NCBI GenBank assembly: GCA_046546295.1 | Contig: JBKGYB010000001.1 | Span: 1-34,226, forward strand | From: Opitutales bacterium | GTDB lineage: Bacteria > Verrucomicrobiota > Verrucomicrobiia > Opitutales > Coraliomargaritaceae | Length of the DNA stretch: 34,226 nt | Reading direction: 5' to 3' | In this document: positions 17,360 through 25,890 of the stretch, in pieces | How the letters are laid out: every line of letters starts with the position of its first letter | How positions within the stretch are numbered: the first letter of the stretch is position 1 | Program-made: the position numbers and the translations under genes | The notes under the pieces: generated by a model | What the model was told of the DNA's origin: nothing | What the model saw: the letters and a program-made list of their open reading frames with translations, nothing else | Databases searched by the model: none

Positions 17360-19633
17360 ATGAGAAACAGTTATATCAAGGGCGGCATCGATCCTGCCGA
17401 TGGGGGTTACGGCGGTTATGGCGGGGGCTACGGCGGCGGCTATGGCGGTGGTTATGGCTACGGCAGCTATGGCGGCGGCGAGGGCGGCGGCCCCCAACGC
17501 AGCGCCAAGGATTATATGCTCATGCTTCGTGAGCGGATCTGGTATTTGGTCGTCGCGTTCTTCATTGTTTTTTCGGGCGCCGTGCTGTACACCTTTAATA
17601 CGACAAAGGTCTATACGACTAGCTCCAAAGTTCAGCTGCTGCGCGACGATCCTTCTGCTATGGGAAACAGCGGACAAGTGGAGGCTCATCAGATCAATTC
17701 GAGCGAGGATCTGAATACACAGATCGAAATTCTGGAGAGCATGACCATTGTAAACGCGGTCAAGGATCGGCTCCAGGAGGAAGAACGCGAACAGTTTATG
17801 GAGCCCTACCGGGATTCGTACAGTTTCCTCCCATCGCTCAATATCTCTGAAATCCTGATGCGGAACCGGCGTATCATCCCGGAACGCATGAGCTTGATTG
17901 TGAACATTGCGTACACCCACCCGGATCCGGAAATGGCGGCGCGGGTGGCGAATCTGTTTGCTGATGAATATATTGAGTACAACCTGAGCCATAATATCGA
18001 CCAGTCGATGCAGGCGGTGGAAGACCTTCGTACCCGTGCGGATCGGCAGAGAGAGGAGGTTGAAGACTTGGACATGCAACTCGCGGAATACCGTGAAGAC
18101 AACAATGCCGTTTCTCTCAGCGAACAGGAAAATATCGCACGTCAACAACTTGCGACGCTGAATGACATTGAATTGTCGGCCAGGAACGAATTGGACAAAT
18201 ACCAGACCCGCCGGAATTTGATCGAGATGTACCAGGTCGAGGGGAAGGATCTTTGGCAGCTATCCTTTATTGCCGAACAAGAACGCGTGCGAAACTTATT
18301 GCAGAGCCTGTCCGATCTGGAAGTTGAGATCTCCACATTAAGCAAGCGATACAAGGAAAAGCATCCGGAAATGATCCGCTTGCTTGAAGCAAAGCGGGAG
18401 ACGCTTGCCGAATTACAGGAAGCCTCACAAAATGCGGTGGATAAGGTGTATGCGGGCTATGCCGAAGGCTTGGAAAACTTCGAAGTCGCCGAAAAGCGAC
18501 TTGCCCAAAAGGAACAGGAATTGATCGATTTGAGCAAGCTGCGCGTTGATTACGCTTCTTTGGAACGTGAACTTGATGTTCAGGAAGGATATTTGGAGGC
18601 GATTATCGGACGCATGACGCAGGAGCAGACGGAGGTGAATTTGAAAAACCCGAATGCCCGGATCGTGGATGAAGCCTTTGCTCCGGCGCCCGAGAATTAT
18701 TCCTCGCCCAATATACCGATGAATCTGGCTGCCGGCTTTTTTGGCGGTCTTGCCGTGGGGACCGGCCTGGTCTTTCTTGTGGCCTTTCTTGACGACCGTG
18801 TGAAGAGCGCCTTTGACATTGAAGGGACGATCGGCCTGCCTCTTCTGGGCGTGGTGCCGCGAATCAAGAAACTTGATACTAATTCCAAGGCGCAGGCGGT
18901 TGCGACGAATGCGGATCAGCATATAACGGAGATCTTCCGGTCGATGCATTCGACGCTCAAACTGAATGATGAAAGCAAGCATGCTAAGGTTGTGCTTGTG
19001 TCCAGCACCATTCCGGGAGAAGGCAAGTCGTTTATCAGCTCCAATCTTACGCTCACTTTCGCAAGCCACGGCGAGAAGACGCTGTTGATTGACGCCGATT
19101 TGCGCCTGCCGAATGTTGCCCGCTCGCTTCAGCTGGAAAACGAGGTCGGGTTGTTGAATCATCTTACGAAGGGAGACAGTTTGGATGATGTCATTCTCAA
19201 AGAGATCTATCCGAATATGGATGTGCTCACTTCGGGCGGGAAATCAAAAAATCCCACTCAAATCATGAGCAGCGCTGAGTTTGAGGCGATGCTTGCTGAA
19301 TTGCGCGACCGATACGACCGGATTGTTATTGACTCGCCGCCATTGGCTGCGGTCAGCGACGCACTGACGCTCCTGCCTTACGCGGACGGGGTGGTCTACG
19401 TCATCAAGTTCAATACAGTGAAGCGCAAGACGGCGATGGCAAACATCCGACGCTTGTGGGAATCGGATACGCCTGTTTTCGGGGCGGTGTTGAATAATAT
19501 CAGCGGATCCTTCTCCAGTTACTATTATTCACAGGCAACGGACCCGAGCTATCAGGATTATTACATCCGCCAGGAGGAGGAACTGGAAGAGGATCTGGCT
19601 GCGTCGGTTGAACCGGGGAAGGGCAAGAGTTAG
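17360..19633 (+). CDS. Polysaccharide co-polymerase / bacterial tyrosine autokinase (Wzc/GumC-like)
   Basis: It has a TM helix, a long coiled-coil periplasmic region and a second TM. The kinase motifs are Walker A PGEGKSF, Walker A' LLIDADLRLP and Walker B IVIDSPPL. The C-terminal Tyr cluster is SSYYYSQATDPSYQDYY. An N-terminal GGY repeat is also present. Confidence 0.88.
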   Translation: MRNSYIKGGIDPADGGYGGYGGGYGGGYGGGYGYGSYGGGEGGGPQRSAKDYMLMLRERIWYLVVAFFIVFSGAVLYTFNTTKVYTTSSKVQLLRDDPSAMGNSGQVEAHQINSSEDLNTQIEILESMTIVNAVKDRLQEEEREQFMEPYRDSYSFLPSLNISEILMRNRRIIPERMSLIVNIAYTHPDPEMAARVANLFADEYIEYNLSHNIDQSMQAVEDLRTRADRQREEVEDLDMQLAEYREDNNAVSLSEQENIARQQLATLNDIELSARNELDKYQTRRNLIEMYQVEGKDLWQLSFIAEQERVRNLLQSLSDLEVEISTLSKRYKEKHPEMIRLLEAKRETLAELQEASQNAVDKVYAGYAEGLENFEVAEKRLAQKEQELIDLSKLRVDYASLERELDVQEGYLEAIIGRMTQEQTEVNLKNPNARIVDEAFAPAPENYSSPNIPMNLAAGFFGGLAVGTGLVFLVAFLDDRVKSAFDIEGTIGLPLLGVVPRIKKLDTNSKAQAVATNADQHITEIFRSMHSTLKLNDESKHAKVVLVSSTIPGEGKSFISSNLTLTFASHGEKTLLIDADLRLPNVARSLQLENEVGLLNHLTKGDSLDDVILKEIYPNMDVLTSGGKSKNPTQIMSSAEFEAMLAELRDRYDRIVIDSPPLAAVSDALTLLPYADGVVYVIKFNTVKRKTAMANIRRLWESDTPVFGAVLNNISGSFSSYYYSQATDPSYQDYYIRQEEELEEDLAASVEPGKGKS

Positions 19634-19749
19634 CCCGGGTTCCCCAAGATCGGCTTGAACGCACATCCTCCATGTTATCAGGGGAGCCGTTATTTGCGGG
19701 GTTACAATGACTGATTCGTGGCCCATTTTACACGAAAACGAGCTATGCT

Positions 19750-20748
19750 CTATTGTGCGGCGGCCCGTCTGAGGCGGTCGTTGATGGCGCGCCCGATACC
19801 TTCTTCAGGCGCCTCCTCAAGGTGCAATCGCTTGTAACCGACATCGTCCAGGCGTTGTATCAGATCAAATAGATTATGCGCCATAGTGGCGAGGTCGCCG
19901 TCTTCGGACAACCAGAAAACATGTGAGGTATCCGCCTCCACCTTCGGTCTGCGGCAGAGAATATAAGCGTTGTCCGCATTTGGCGGGCGTTTATTCAGAG
20001 CTTCCGGGCTCGTGCCATGCTCAAGTAATCGAATATTCGTTTTCGGGCTGTAGTGCTTTTTCAACCGGCCGGGTGAGCATTGCGCGCCCGCGCTGTTATA
20101 GCCGGAAAGATCGTCGAGCGGGTGTTGGAGAAGTTCCTCGATGCGGGTCTTTTCCAATGGCCCGTGTCGAAGGATGGCGGGCTTTGTTTCGTTGCGCAGG
20201 TCGACAATGGTTGACTCGAGTCCGTGAGGACACGGGCCACCATCAAGAACGCAGGACAGTCGGTCTCCCAAAGTCCGGCGGACATGTTCCGGCCGTGTGG
20301 GGCTGACATAGCCGAATGGATTCGCGCTCGGCGCGGCGAGGGGAAAATCAATGCGCGAAAGCAGCTCCTGCAGGACGGGGTGTGACGGAACACGGAGTGC
20401 GACGCCGGGCAGGCCGGCTGTGACAATGGAAGGGATTTTCGGCCGTTTGTGCAGGAGCACTGTCAAGGGCCCGGGCCAGAAATGCTTGGCCAGCGTGTGG
20501 AACCTGGAGTTGAGACAGGCGCAACTTTCCGCCATGGATGCGTCCTGCAAGTGGACGATCAAGGGATCGACAAAGGGGCGGCCTTTTACTTCGAAAATCC
20601 GGCGCACGGCAAGTTCATCCAATGCGTTGGCGGCAAGACCGTATACGGTTTCCGTCGGGACGGCGACGAGCCGGCCGTTGCCGAGGGTACGGGCGCAAAA
20701 GTTGAGCGTTTCGTCGCTCGGTTCAAGGATCTGACAACTTGCCGCCAT
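19750..20748 (-). CDS. tsaC: L-threonylcarbamoyladenylate synthase (Sua5/YrdC long form)
   Basis: The YrdC domain motifs are VPTETVYGLAANAL, KGRPFVDPLIVH, WPGPLT and APSANPFG. A C-terminal Sua5 domain follows. Confidence 0.85.
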   Translation of the reverse strand: MAASCQILEPSDETLNFCARTLGNGRLVAVPTETVYGLAANALDELAVRRIFEVKGRPFVDPLIVHLQDASMAESCACLNSRFHTLAKHFWPGPLTVLLHKRPKIPSIVTAGLPGVALRVPSHPVLQELLSRIDFPLAAPSANPFGYVSPTRPEHVRRTLGDRLSCVLDGGPCPHGLESTIVDLRNETKPAILRHGPLEKTRIEELLQHPLDDLSGYNSAGAQCSPGRLKKHYSPKTNIRLLEHGTSPEALNKRPPNADNAYILCRRPKVEADTSHVFWLSEDGDLATMAHNLFDLIQRLDDVGYKRLHLEEAPEEGIGRAINDRLRRAAAQ

Positions 20749-20781
20749 GAATGGCAGTAGGGTTGGTCGGGTGGGTGCTAC

Positions 20782-20813
20782 AAAAAAATCCTTCCTTGTC
20801 TAAAAGGAAGGAT
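20782..20813 (-). terminator. Rho-independent terminator downstream of rpsR
   Basis: On the minus strand, the stem ATCCTTCC/GGAAGGAT encloses a 10-nt loop and is followed by a run of 7 T (plus-strand A run 20782-20788). It begins ~30 nt after the rpsR stop. Confidence 0.75.
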
Positions 20814-20843
20814 CGCAAAGCAAGGTTTTGTTGTGAGCCGCCC

Positions 20844-21041
20844 TCACTTCATGGTGAGCATATTGCGGGCGCGCTTGATGCGATTGGACACGCGTCGCTG
20901 TTGCTTGGCGGACAGGCCCGTCATTTTGCGGGGAAGGATCTTGCCTGTTTCCGTCACATAGCGGGAAAGCTGCGGCACATCCATGAACGTGTAGTCCAAA
21001 GGGTTTAATGATCGGGTTGGTTTTTTGCTGGTCTTGGTCAT
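20844..21041 (-). CDS. rpsR: 30S ribosomal protein S18
   Basis: 65 aa. The sequence ...[40 protein letters not shown] matches the S18 core (GKILPRRxTGxxAKxQRxLxxAIKRAR). Confidence 0.85.
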   Translation of the reverse strand: MTKTSKKPTRSLNPLDYTFMDVPQLSRYVTETGKILPRKMTGLSAKQQRRVSNRIKRARNMLTMK

Positions 21042-21099
21042 CTTGCAGCCAAGCTATGCGATGCGATTGAACATGCAAGAAATTTTTTTAAAAACAGCG

Positions 21100-23211
21100 C
21101 TATTCTGAAGTTCGGATAATTTCGAGAAACGGCGCCAGCACGCTGTTGGCCTTATCCGGGCCGATGCCTTTGATGGCAGTGGCCTCGGCCGTTGTTTGTG
21201 GCCGGCGATTCGCCAGTTCCACCAGTACGGCATTCGGGAAAACCGTGAAGGCTGGTTTTCCCGCTGCCGCGGCCAGTTCCCGACGTTTGCGGACCAGCCG
21301 TGTGTAGAGGGCCTTGTTTTCCGCGGTTTGTTTTTCGTTGTCGCGCTTTCCATGCGGGTCGCCCGAGGGCTCGGCCAAGGACAATGTTACGGTTTCCACG
21401 CCCCGCATCACGCGAGCGCCGCGTTCCGTCAAACCAAGAAGCGGAAAATCCTGTTCGGTTACGGTTTCGACGAGTCCGGCGGCTTCCATTGCCTCGAACA
21501 GGTTTTCTATGAAAGAGCGGCCTTTGTCTTTCAGAATGCCGTGCGTGGAGAGCTGGTCGATTCCGGCTTCCCGGAGTGGAGCGGCGTTGCTCCCGAGCAG
21601 ACTCTGCATAATTTTACGTTTCCCGAATCGCGGGGTCCATTTATCCGGGCCGTGCCGCCGGCTCATCCTTGCGACGCCGCTGAGGGCCTTGCGAACAGCC
21701 GAATATTCATCCTCCCCGAGCGGGCGGGCCGTCACGGTCGCCGTATTGGCACAGGCGTCGCAGCGGCCGCATGCCCGGCTTTCGGTTTCACCGAAGTAGT
21801 CGAGAATCCAGTTTTGCCGGCAACTGCGCGCATAGGCGAAACGGATGACCGATTTCAGACGTTCCTCGTCACGAGCCGCTTTTTCCGCAAGGGCTTGCCC
21901 GTCGATCGGGAGTTCCGAGCCTCGTTGCCCCAGTTGCCGGATGCGGGTGCCTCGAACCCGGCGTCCCGGAATATCAAAGCGCTCGATCCATCCGTGACGC
22001 GTTAAAACGGAGATGGAAGTGCTTACCGCCATGGGATTGACGGAACGGCCCATTTTTTCACAGAGTTCGTCGACGGGAAGCCTGACCTCATGGTTCGCAT
22101 CGCTTTCAGCGCATAGCAGGTCGAAGACCTCGGCAATCAGGGCTTTGCCCGGGTTGGATCCTTCGATGAAAAAATCCTGCACCCGTTTATCGGCATAGGA
22201 GAAAAGCATTTCACAGACGGCGGGCAGTCCATCGCGGCCGGCGCGCCCGCCTTCCTGATAATAGGCTTCCACACTGCCGGGCATTTCATAATGACAGACA
22301 AAACGAATATCCGCCCGGTCGATGCCCATGCCAAACGCATTTGTCGCCACGACCACGTTGGCCTCTCCGCGCATGAAGCGTTCCTGTGCCGTTGTGCGTT
22401 CTTCGTCGCGGAGGCCGCCGTGGTAGTGAATCACTTCAGTTGTCAGCGGTTGGATTTTTGCGGCCACAGCCTCCACGGATTTGCGGGTGGCACAATAAAT
22501 AATGCCGGTTCCGTGTTCCCGGAGAAGACGCTCCAGCACCTCCATTTTTTCCTTTTCAGAGGGGGTTCCGGTAACGCGGAAGCTGAGATTGTCCCGGGCA
22601 AAGCCAGCGACAAAACGCGCGGGATTCCGCATGCCCAGGTTGTGAATAATGTCATTTTGAACATCGGGAGTAGCCGTTGCGGTCAATGCGATACAGGGGG
22701 GCGACCCAAGATTTTCGCGGGCGACCCCCAGCCGCATGTAGTCCGGCCGAAAGTCGTGCCCCCATTGCGACAGGCAATGCGCTTCGTCAATGGCCAGAAG
22801 ACTGATGGCCTCGCGTGGCACGGCTTCCATGAAGCCTTGGGAACGGAAGCGCTCCGGCGCGACATAGACCAGCTTCAGTTCGCCCCTGCTCATATTGTCG
22901 AGGGTGGCGCGTTGTTCCGCGAGGCTTTGTGAGCTGTTGAGAAGTCCGGCCGGAAGTCCGCGCGCCCGAAGCGCATCCACCTGGTCTTTCATTAGAGCGA
23001 TCAGCGGGGAGACGACGAGGGTGGTGCCGGGCAGCAGAAGCGCGGGCAGTTGAAAGCAAAGACTTTTTCCTCCACCGGTTGGCATGACCACCAGAGCGTC
23101 CCGCGAGTTGAGGACTTCCTGAATAATCGCTTCCTGTGGAGCCCGGAAATTTGGAAGTCCAAAATATTGTTCAAGTGTCTCTGTTGGGGTCATAAATAAG
23201 AGACTGTGCAA
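21100..23211 (-). CDS. recQ: ATP-dependent DNA helicase RecQ
   Basis: The motifs FRAPQEAII, MPTGGGKSLCFQLPAL, DEAHCLSQWGHDFRPDY, ALTATAT and GMGIDRADIRFVCHYEMP are present. An RQC zinc region (CRxxxxxxYFGE...CGRCDAC) and a C-terminal HRDC-like region follow. Confidence 0.93.
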   Translation of the reverse strand: MHSLLFMTPTETLEQYFGLPNFRAPQEAIIQEVLNSRDALVVMPTGGGKSLCFQLPALLLPGTTLVVSPLIALMKDQVDALRARGLPAGLLNSSQSLAEQRATLDNMSRGELKLVYVAPERFRSQGFMEAVPREAISLLAIDEAHCLSQWGHDFRPDYMRLGVARENLGSPPCIALTATATPDVQNDIIHNLGMRNPARFVAGFARDNLSFRVTGTPSEKEKMEVLERLLREHGTGIIYCATRKSVEAVAAKIQPLTTEVIHYHGGLRDEERTTAQERFMRGEANVVVATNAFGMGIDRADIRFVCHYEMPGSVEAYYQEGGRAGRDGLPAVCEMLFSYADKRVQDFFIEGSNPGKALIAEVFDLLCAESDANHEVRLPVDELCEKMGRSVNPMAVSTSISVLTRHGWIERFDIPGRRVRGTRIRQLGQRGSELPIDGQALAEKAARDEERLKSVIRFAYARSCRQNWILDYFGETESRACGRCDACANTATVTARPLGEDEYSAVRKALSGVARMSRRHGPDKWTPRFGKRKIMQSLLGSNAAPLREAGIDQLSTHGILKDKGRSFIENLFEAMEAAGLVETVTEQDFPLLGLTERGARVMRGVETVTLSLAEPSGDPHGKRDNEKQTAENKALYTRLVRKRRELAAAAGKPAFTVFPNAVLVELANRRPQTTAEATAIKGIGPDKANSVLAPFLEIIRTSE

Positions 23212-23245
23212 ACGTTCATCTTCATGCCAAGAAAAAGCGTATTAT

Positions 23246-24277
23246 TTACGGTGGATTTTTATCCGGGGCAAGCAGGTGATGGGTGATCCGCCATTCTTTG
23301 CCTTCATGGTAAGCGAAGAGCTCGGAGAATGCCATGTAAAACAAGCGCCAGCGGCGCCACCAGACGCGGGAGTCACTTGGCGCGTAGCATCGGCTGAAGA
23401 TCTCCGTGATTTGATCACGGGCGGCGTCGTGGCGCGCCAGCCATGCCTCCGCCGTTCGGCTGTAGTGTTGTCCGTTTATTTCCCATGAGGCCTCCTCGTG
23501 AAAAACACCTTCGGCGGCAGCTGGGAGGAGCGTCGACGAGAGCATGACTCCGCCGGGGAAGAAATGATGGGCCAGCCAATCGTTGGAGCTTTTTGTCTCA
23601 AAGAGATACGCGTATTTCCGGTGCGAGAAGCTTTGGATAAAAAGCTTGCCGTTTTTCCGCAGCCAGGCGGCGGTTTTCTGGAAGAGCTCCCGGTGGTTAC
23701 GGGTGTGTTCAAACAGTTCGACGGCCAGGATCCGATCAAATTCCTGTGCGGGCTGGTAAGCATGGATGTCTTTTCCGACCACCCGAAGGTTTCGGATGTT
23801 GCGCCGCTCGCATTCGTTTTTGATGTAGGCCTCCTGTAAGCGTGAGTTGCTCAGGCATACAACGGTTGTAGCCGGGTGGTTTGCGGCGATCCACAGGCCG
23901 AGGGCGCCCCATCCGCAACCTGCGTCCAGGACATTTTGGCCGTTGCCCACCCCGGCGCGCTCACAAGTCAGACGAAGCATGGCGGTTTCGGCTGCGGCAA
24001 GGTCGGGGCAGCCTTCCGGCCAATATGCGGAACTGAATTTCAGCTGCGGACCGAGGACGGTTTGAAAATACTCGACAGGTATTTCGGGCTGTTCCGTTTT
24101 GACGGCTTCTCCAGTCCTATCGGGGGGACGCGCCTCGATGCGGCGCAGCCAGTCCCAATCGCTCAAATTTTCCCTTGCGGCGGCACGCAGGCGTTCGCGC
24201 AGCAGTTGCCGTACGCCGGCCCGTATCCAGCGGTCTGAAAGGCAGCCCCGTTCGGCAAGTTTAACGACGGCGCTCAT
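23246..24277 (-). CDS. Cyclopropane-fatty-acyl-phospholipid synthase family SAM-dependent methyltransferase
   Basis: The N-terminus ERGCLSDRWIRAGVRQLLRERL is typical of the CMAS family. The SAM motif is VLDAGCGWGALGLWIA. FDRILAVELFEH and the C-terminal WRRWRLFYMAFSELF are also typical. Confidence 0.8.
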   Translation of the reverse strand: MSAVVKLAERGCLSDRWIRAGVRQLLRERLRAAARENLSDWDWLRRIEARPPDRTGEAVKTEQPEIPVEYFQTVLGPQLKFSSAYWPEGCPDLAAAETAMLRLTCERAGVGNGQNVLDAGCGWGALGLWIAANHPATTVVCLSNSRLQEAYIKNECERRNIRNLRVVGKDIHAYQPAQEFDRILAVELFEHTRNHRELFQKTAAWLRKNGKLFIQSFSHRKYAYLFETKSSNDWLAHHFFPGGVMLSSTLLPAAAEGVFHEEASWEINGQHYSRTAEAWLARHDAARDQITEIFSRCYAPSDSRVWWRRWRLFYMAFSELFAYHEGKEWRITHHLLAPDKNPP

Positions 24278-24560
24278 CGCCTTGCATGATCCGGATCTTA
24301 TTGGCGACTTCTTCTTCCCGCCCCGTTTCCGTGCGGATGAAGAGTTCCTGCAAGCCGCGGGCTGACTGGGTGACTGCTTTCAATCCGCCCGGTTCGGAAC
24401 GCTGGATATTGACGGCGCCGGTGCTCCGGTTTTTTCCGAGTGATTTACCGCCGTAGGAACGTCCGATGATCACCCCGAGTACGCCGGAGACGTTTTCGAT
24501 CCGATCAAGGATCCTGCGGCATTCCTTCGATGTTGTCTGGTGGCGTCCGCGGGTAGGCAT
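24261..24560 (-). CDS. Hypothetical small protein (99 aa)
   Basis: This is the only long ORF in the interval, and it runs co-directionally with the methyltransferase gene downstream of it. Its stop overlaps the methyltransferase start by 17 bp. I recognise no motif, and coding status is unproven. Confidence 0.35.
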   Translation of the reverse strand: MPTRGRHQTTSKECRRILDRIENVSGVLGVIIGRSYGGKSLGKNRSTGAVNIQRSEPGGLKAVTQSARGLQELFIRTETGREEEVANKIRIMQGDERRR

Positions 24561-24637
24561 GAGCTGCTTGCATTGGAGTTATGAAATGTTCTTCGAAACT
24601 TGATTTACGGTGTTTTTTGAAGGAGTTTATATTGTAT

Positions 24638-25789
24638 ATGACGGAAATGGCAAAAACGGACCCTAACAAGAAAGTGTATCCGGCGCAAGGAGGCAAGTTC
24701 AGTATGATCGATCTTCTTCGGAGTTTTGCGGACCCTGAACTTGAAGTGGATGGAATGCCGCGGATTTCGGATTTGCACCTTAAGGCGGGGGATCCCGTCC
24801 GCTACCGCTTTGACGGGGAACTCGAAACCATTGACGAGGGCGAGCCCCTGACCGAAGAACTGGTGCGGGAACTGGTTTTTCCGCTCTTGAGCGAGGATCA
24901 ACGGGAGCGCCTTACATCGGACACGTCTTTTGATCTGGATACGGGGTTTTCGTGGGAGGAAGAGAATATTAACTTTCGTCTGAATGTCTTTCACGACCGG
25001 GACGGGATGGCCTGCGTCATGCGCATGCTCCCCAAGCACATCCCCGAAATTGATCAACTGGGCTTTATGAACCCCCAAGTCTGGCAGGACCTCGTTACGT
25101 TGAAGCAGGGGCTCGTCCTTGTTTCGGGAGTAACGGGCAGCGGCAAATCAACGACACTCGCGAGCCTGATCGACTACATCAACAAAAGCCGGAAGGTTCG
25201 CATTATTACGCTGGAAGATCCGGTGGAGTATGTTTTTCACAGCGAACAGGCGTTGATTTCCCAACGGGAGCTCGGGCGACATTTAACCACTTTTGCATCA
25301 GGCCTGCGCAGCGCGCTCCGGGAAAACCCGGACATTATTTATGTTGGCGAGATTCGTGATCCGGAAACCGCAACCCTGGCCCTGACAGCTGCCGAAACCG
25401 GGCACTTGGTGCTTTCAACCCTCCATACAAAAGACGTCAAAGGCGCCTTCAGCAGGATTGTCGACATGTTTCCCGGCGAACGAAGCAACGAGATTTCGGC
25501 TCAGCTGTCTTTTACCTTGGCGTATGTGATCAGCCAGAAGCTGCTTCCGCGTGCGGAGGGCAACGGTCGGGCGCCGGCTTTTGAGGTGTTGAAAAATACC
25601 ACCGCGCTCGGCAATATTGTCCGGACCGGAAAAACACACCAGATCTACGGCAAGATTGAAACAAGCGCCAACGAAGGAATGAATACGATGGAGCAGCATT
25701 TGATCGCACTGTACCAGGAAGGAGTCATCACAAAAGAGGATGCTGTCGCGCACGCCAATGACCCGGCGATCGTCGAGCGCTTGCAATAA
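24638..25789 (+). CDS. pilT: Type IV pilus retraction ATPase PilT
   Basis: The motifs are [15 protein letters not shown], Walker [27 protein letters not shown] and [10 protein letters not shown]. The PilT-type C-terminal motif is [10 protein letters not shown] (cf. AIRNLIREGK). The start is uncertain: ATG 24638, in-frame TTG 24632 (6 nt after AGGAG) or ATG 24704. Confidence 0.88.
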   Translation: MTEMAKTDPNKKVYPAQGGKFSMIDLLRSFADPELEVDGMPRISDLHLKAGDPVRYRFDGELETIDEGEPLTEELVRELVFPLLSEDQRERLTSDTSFDLDTGFSWEEENINFRLNVFHDRDGMACVMRMLPKHIPEIDQLGFMNPQVWQDLVTLKQGLVLVSGVTGSGKSTTLASLIDYINKSRKVRIITLEDPVEYVFHSEQALISQRELGRHLTTFASGLRSALRENPDIIYVGEIRDPETATLALTAAETGHLVLSTLHTKDVKGAFSRIVDMFPGERSNEISAQLSFTLAYVISQKLLPRAEGNGRAPAFEVLKNTTALGNIVRTGKTHQIYGKIETSANEGMNTMEQHLIALYQEGVITKEDAVAHANDPAIVERLQ

Positions 25790-25890
25790 CGTCTCCAGCA
25801 GCCCGTCGGACTTGCCTGCGGCCCACAGGGACCTGCGGTTATTTAGATTTGTCAAAAACGTTCCGCTTCGGAAATATATCAGCTTTATTT

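Noticed and set aside
17339-19162. Minus-strand ORFs 17339-18148 (269 aa) and 18425-19162 (245 aa)
   Set aside because: Both are antisense to the Wzc-like gene, which has Walker A/A'/B motifs and a Tyr cluster. Neither has motifs of its own.
21196-22932. Plus-strand ORFs 21196-22005 (269 aa) and 22291-22932 (213 aa)
   Set aside because: They are antisense to recQ, whose helicase motifs are complete. They are shadow ORFs.
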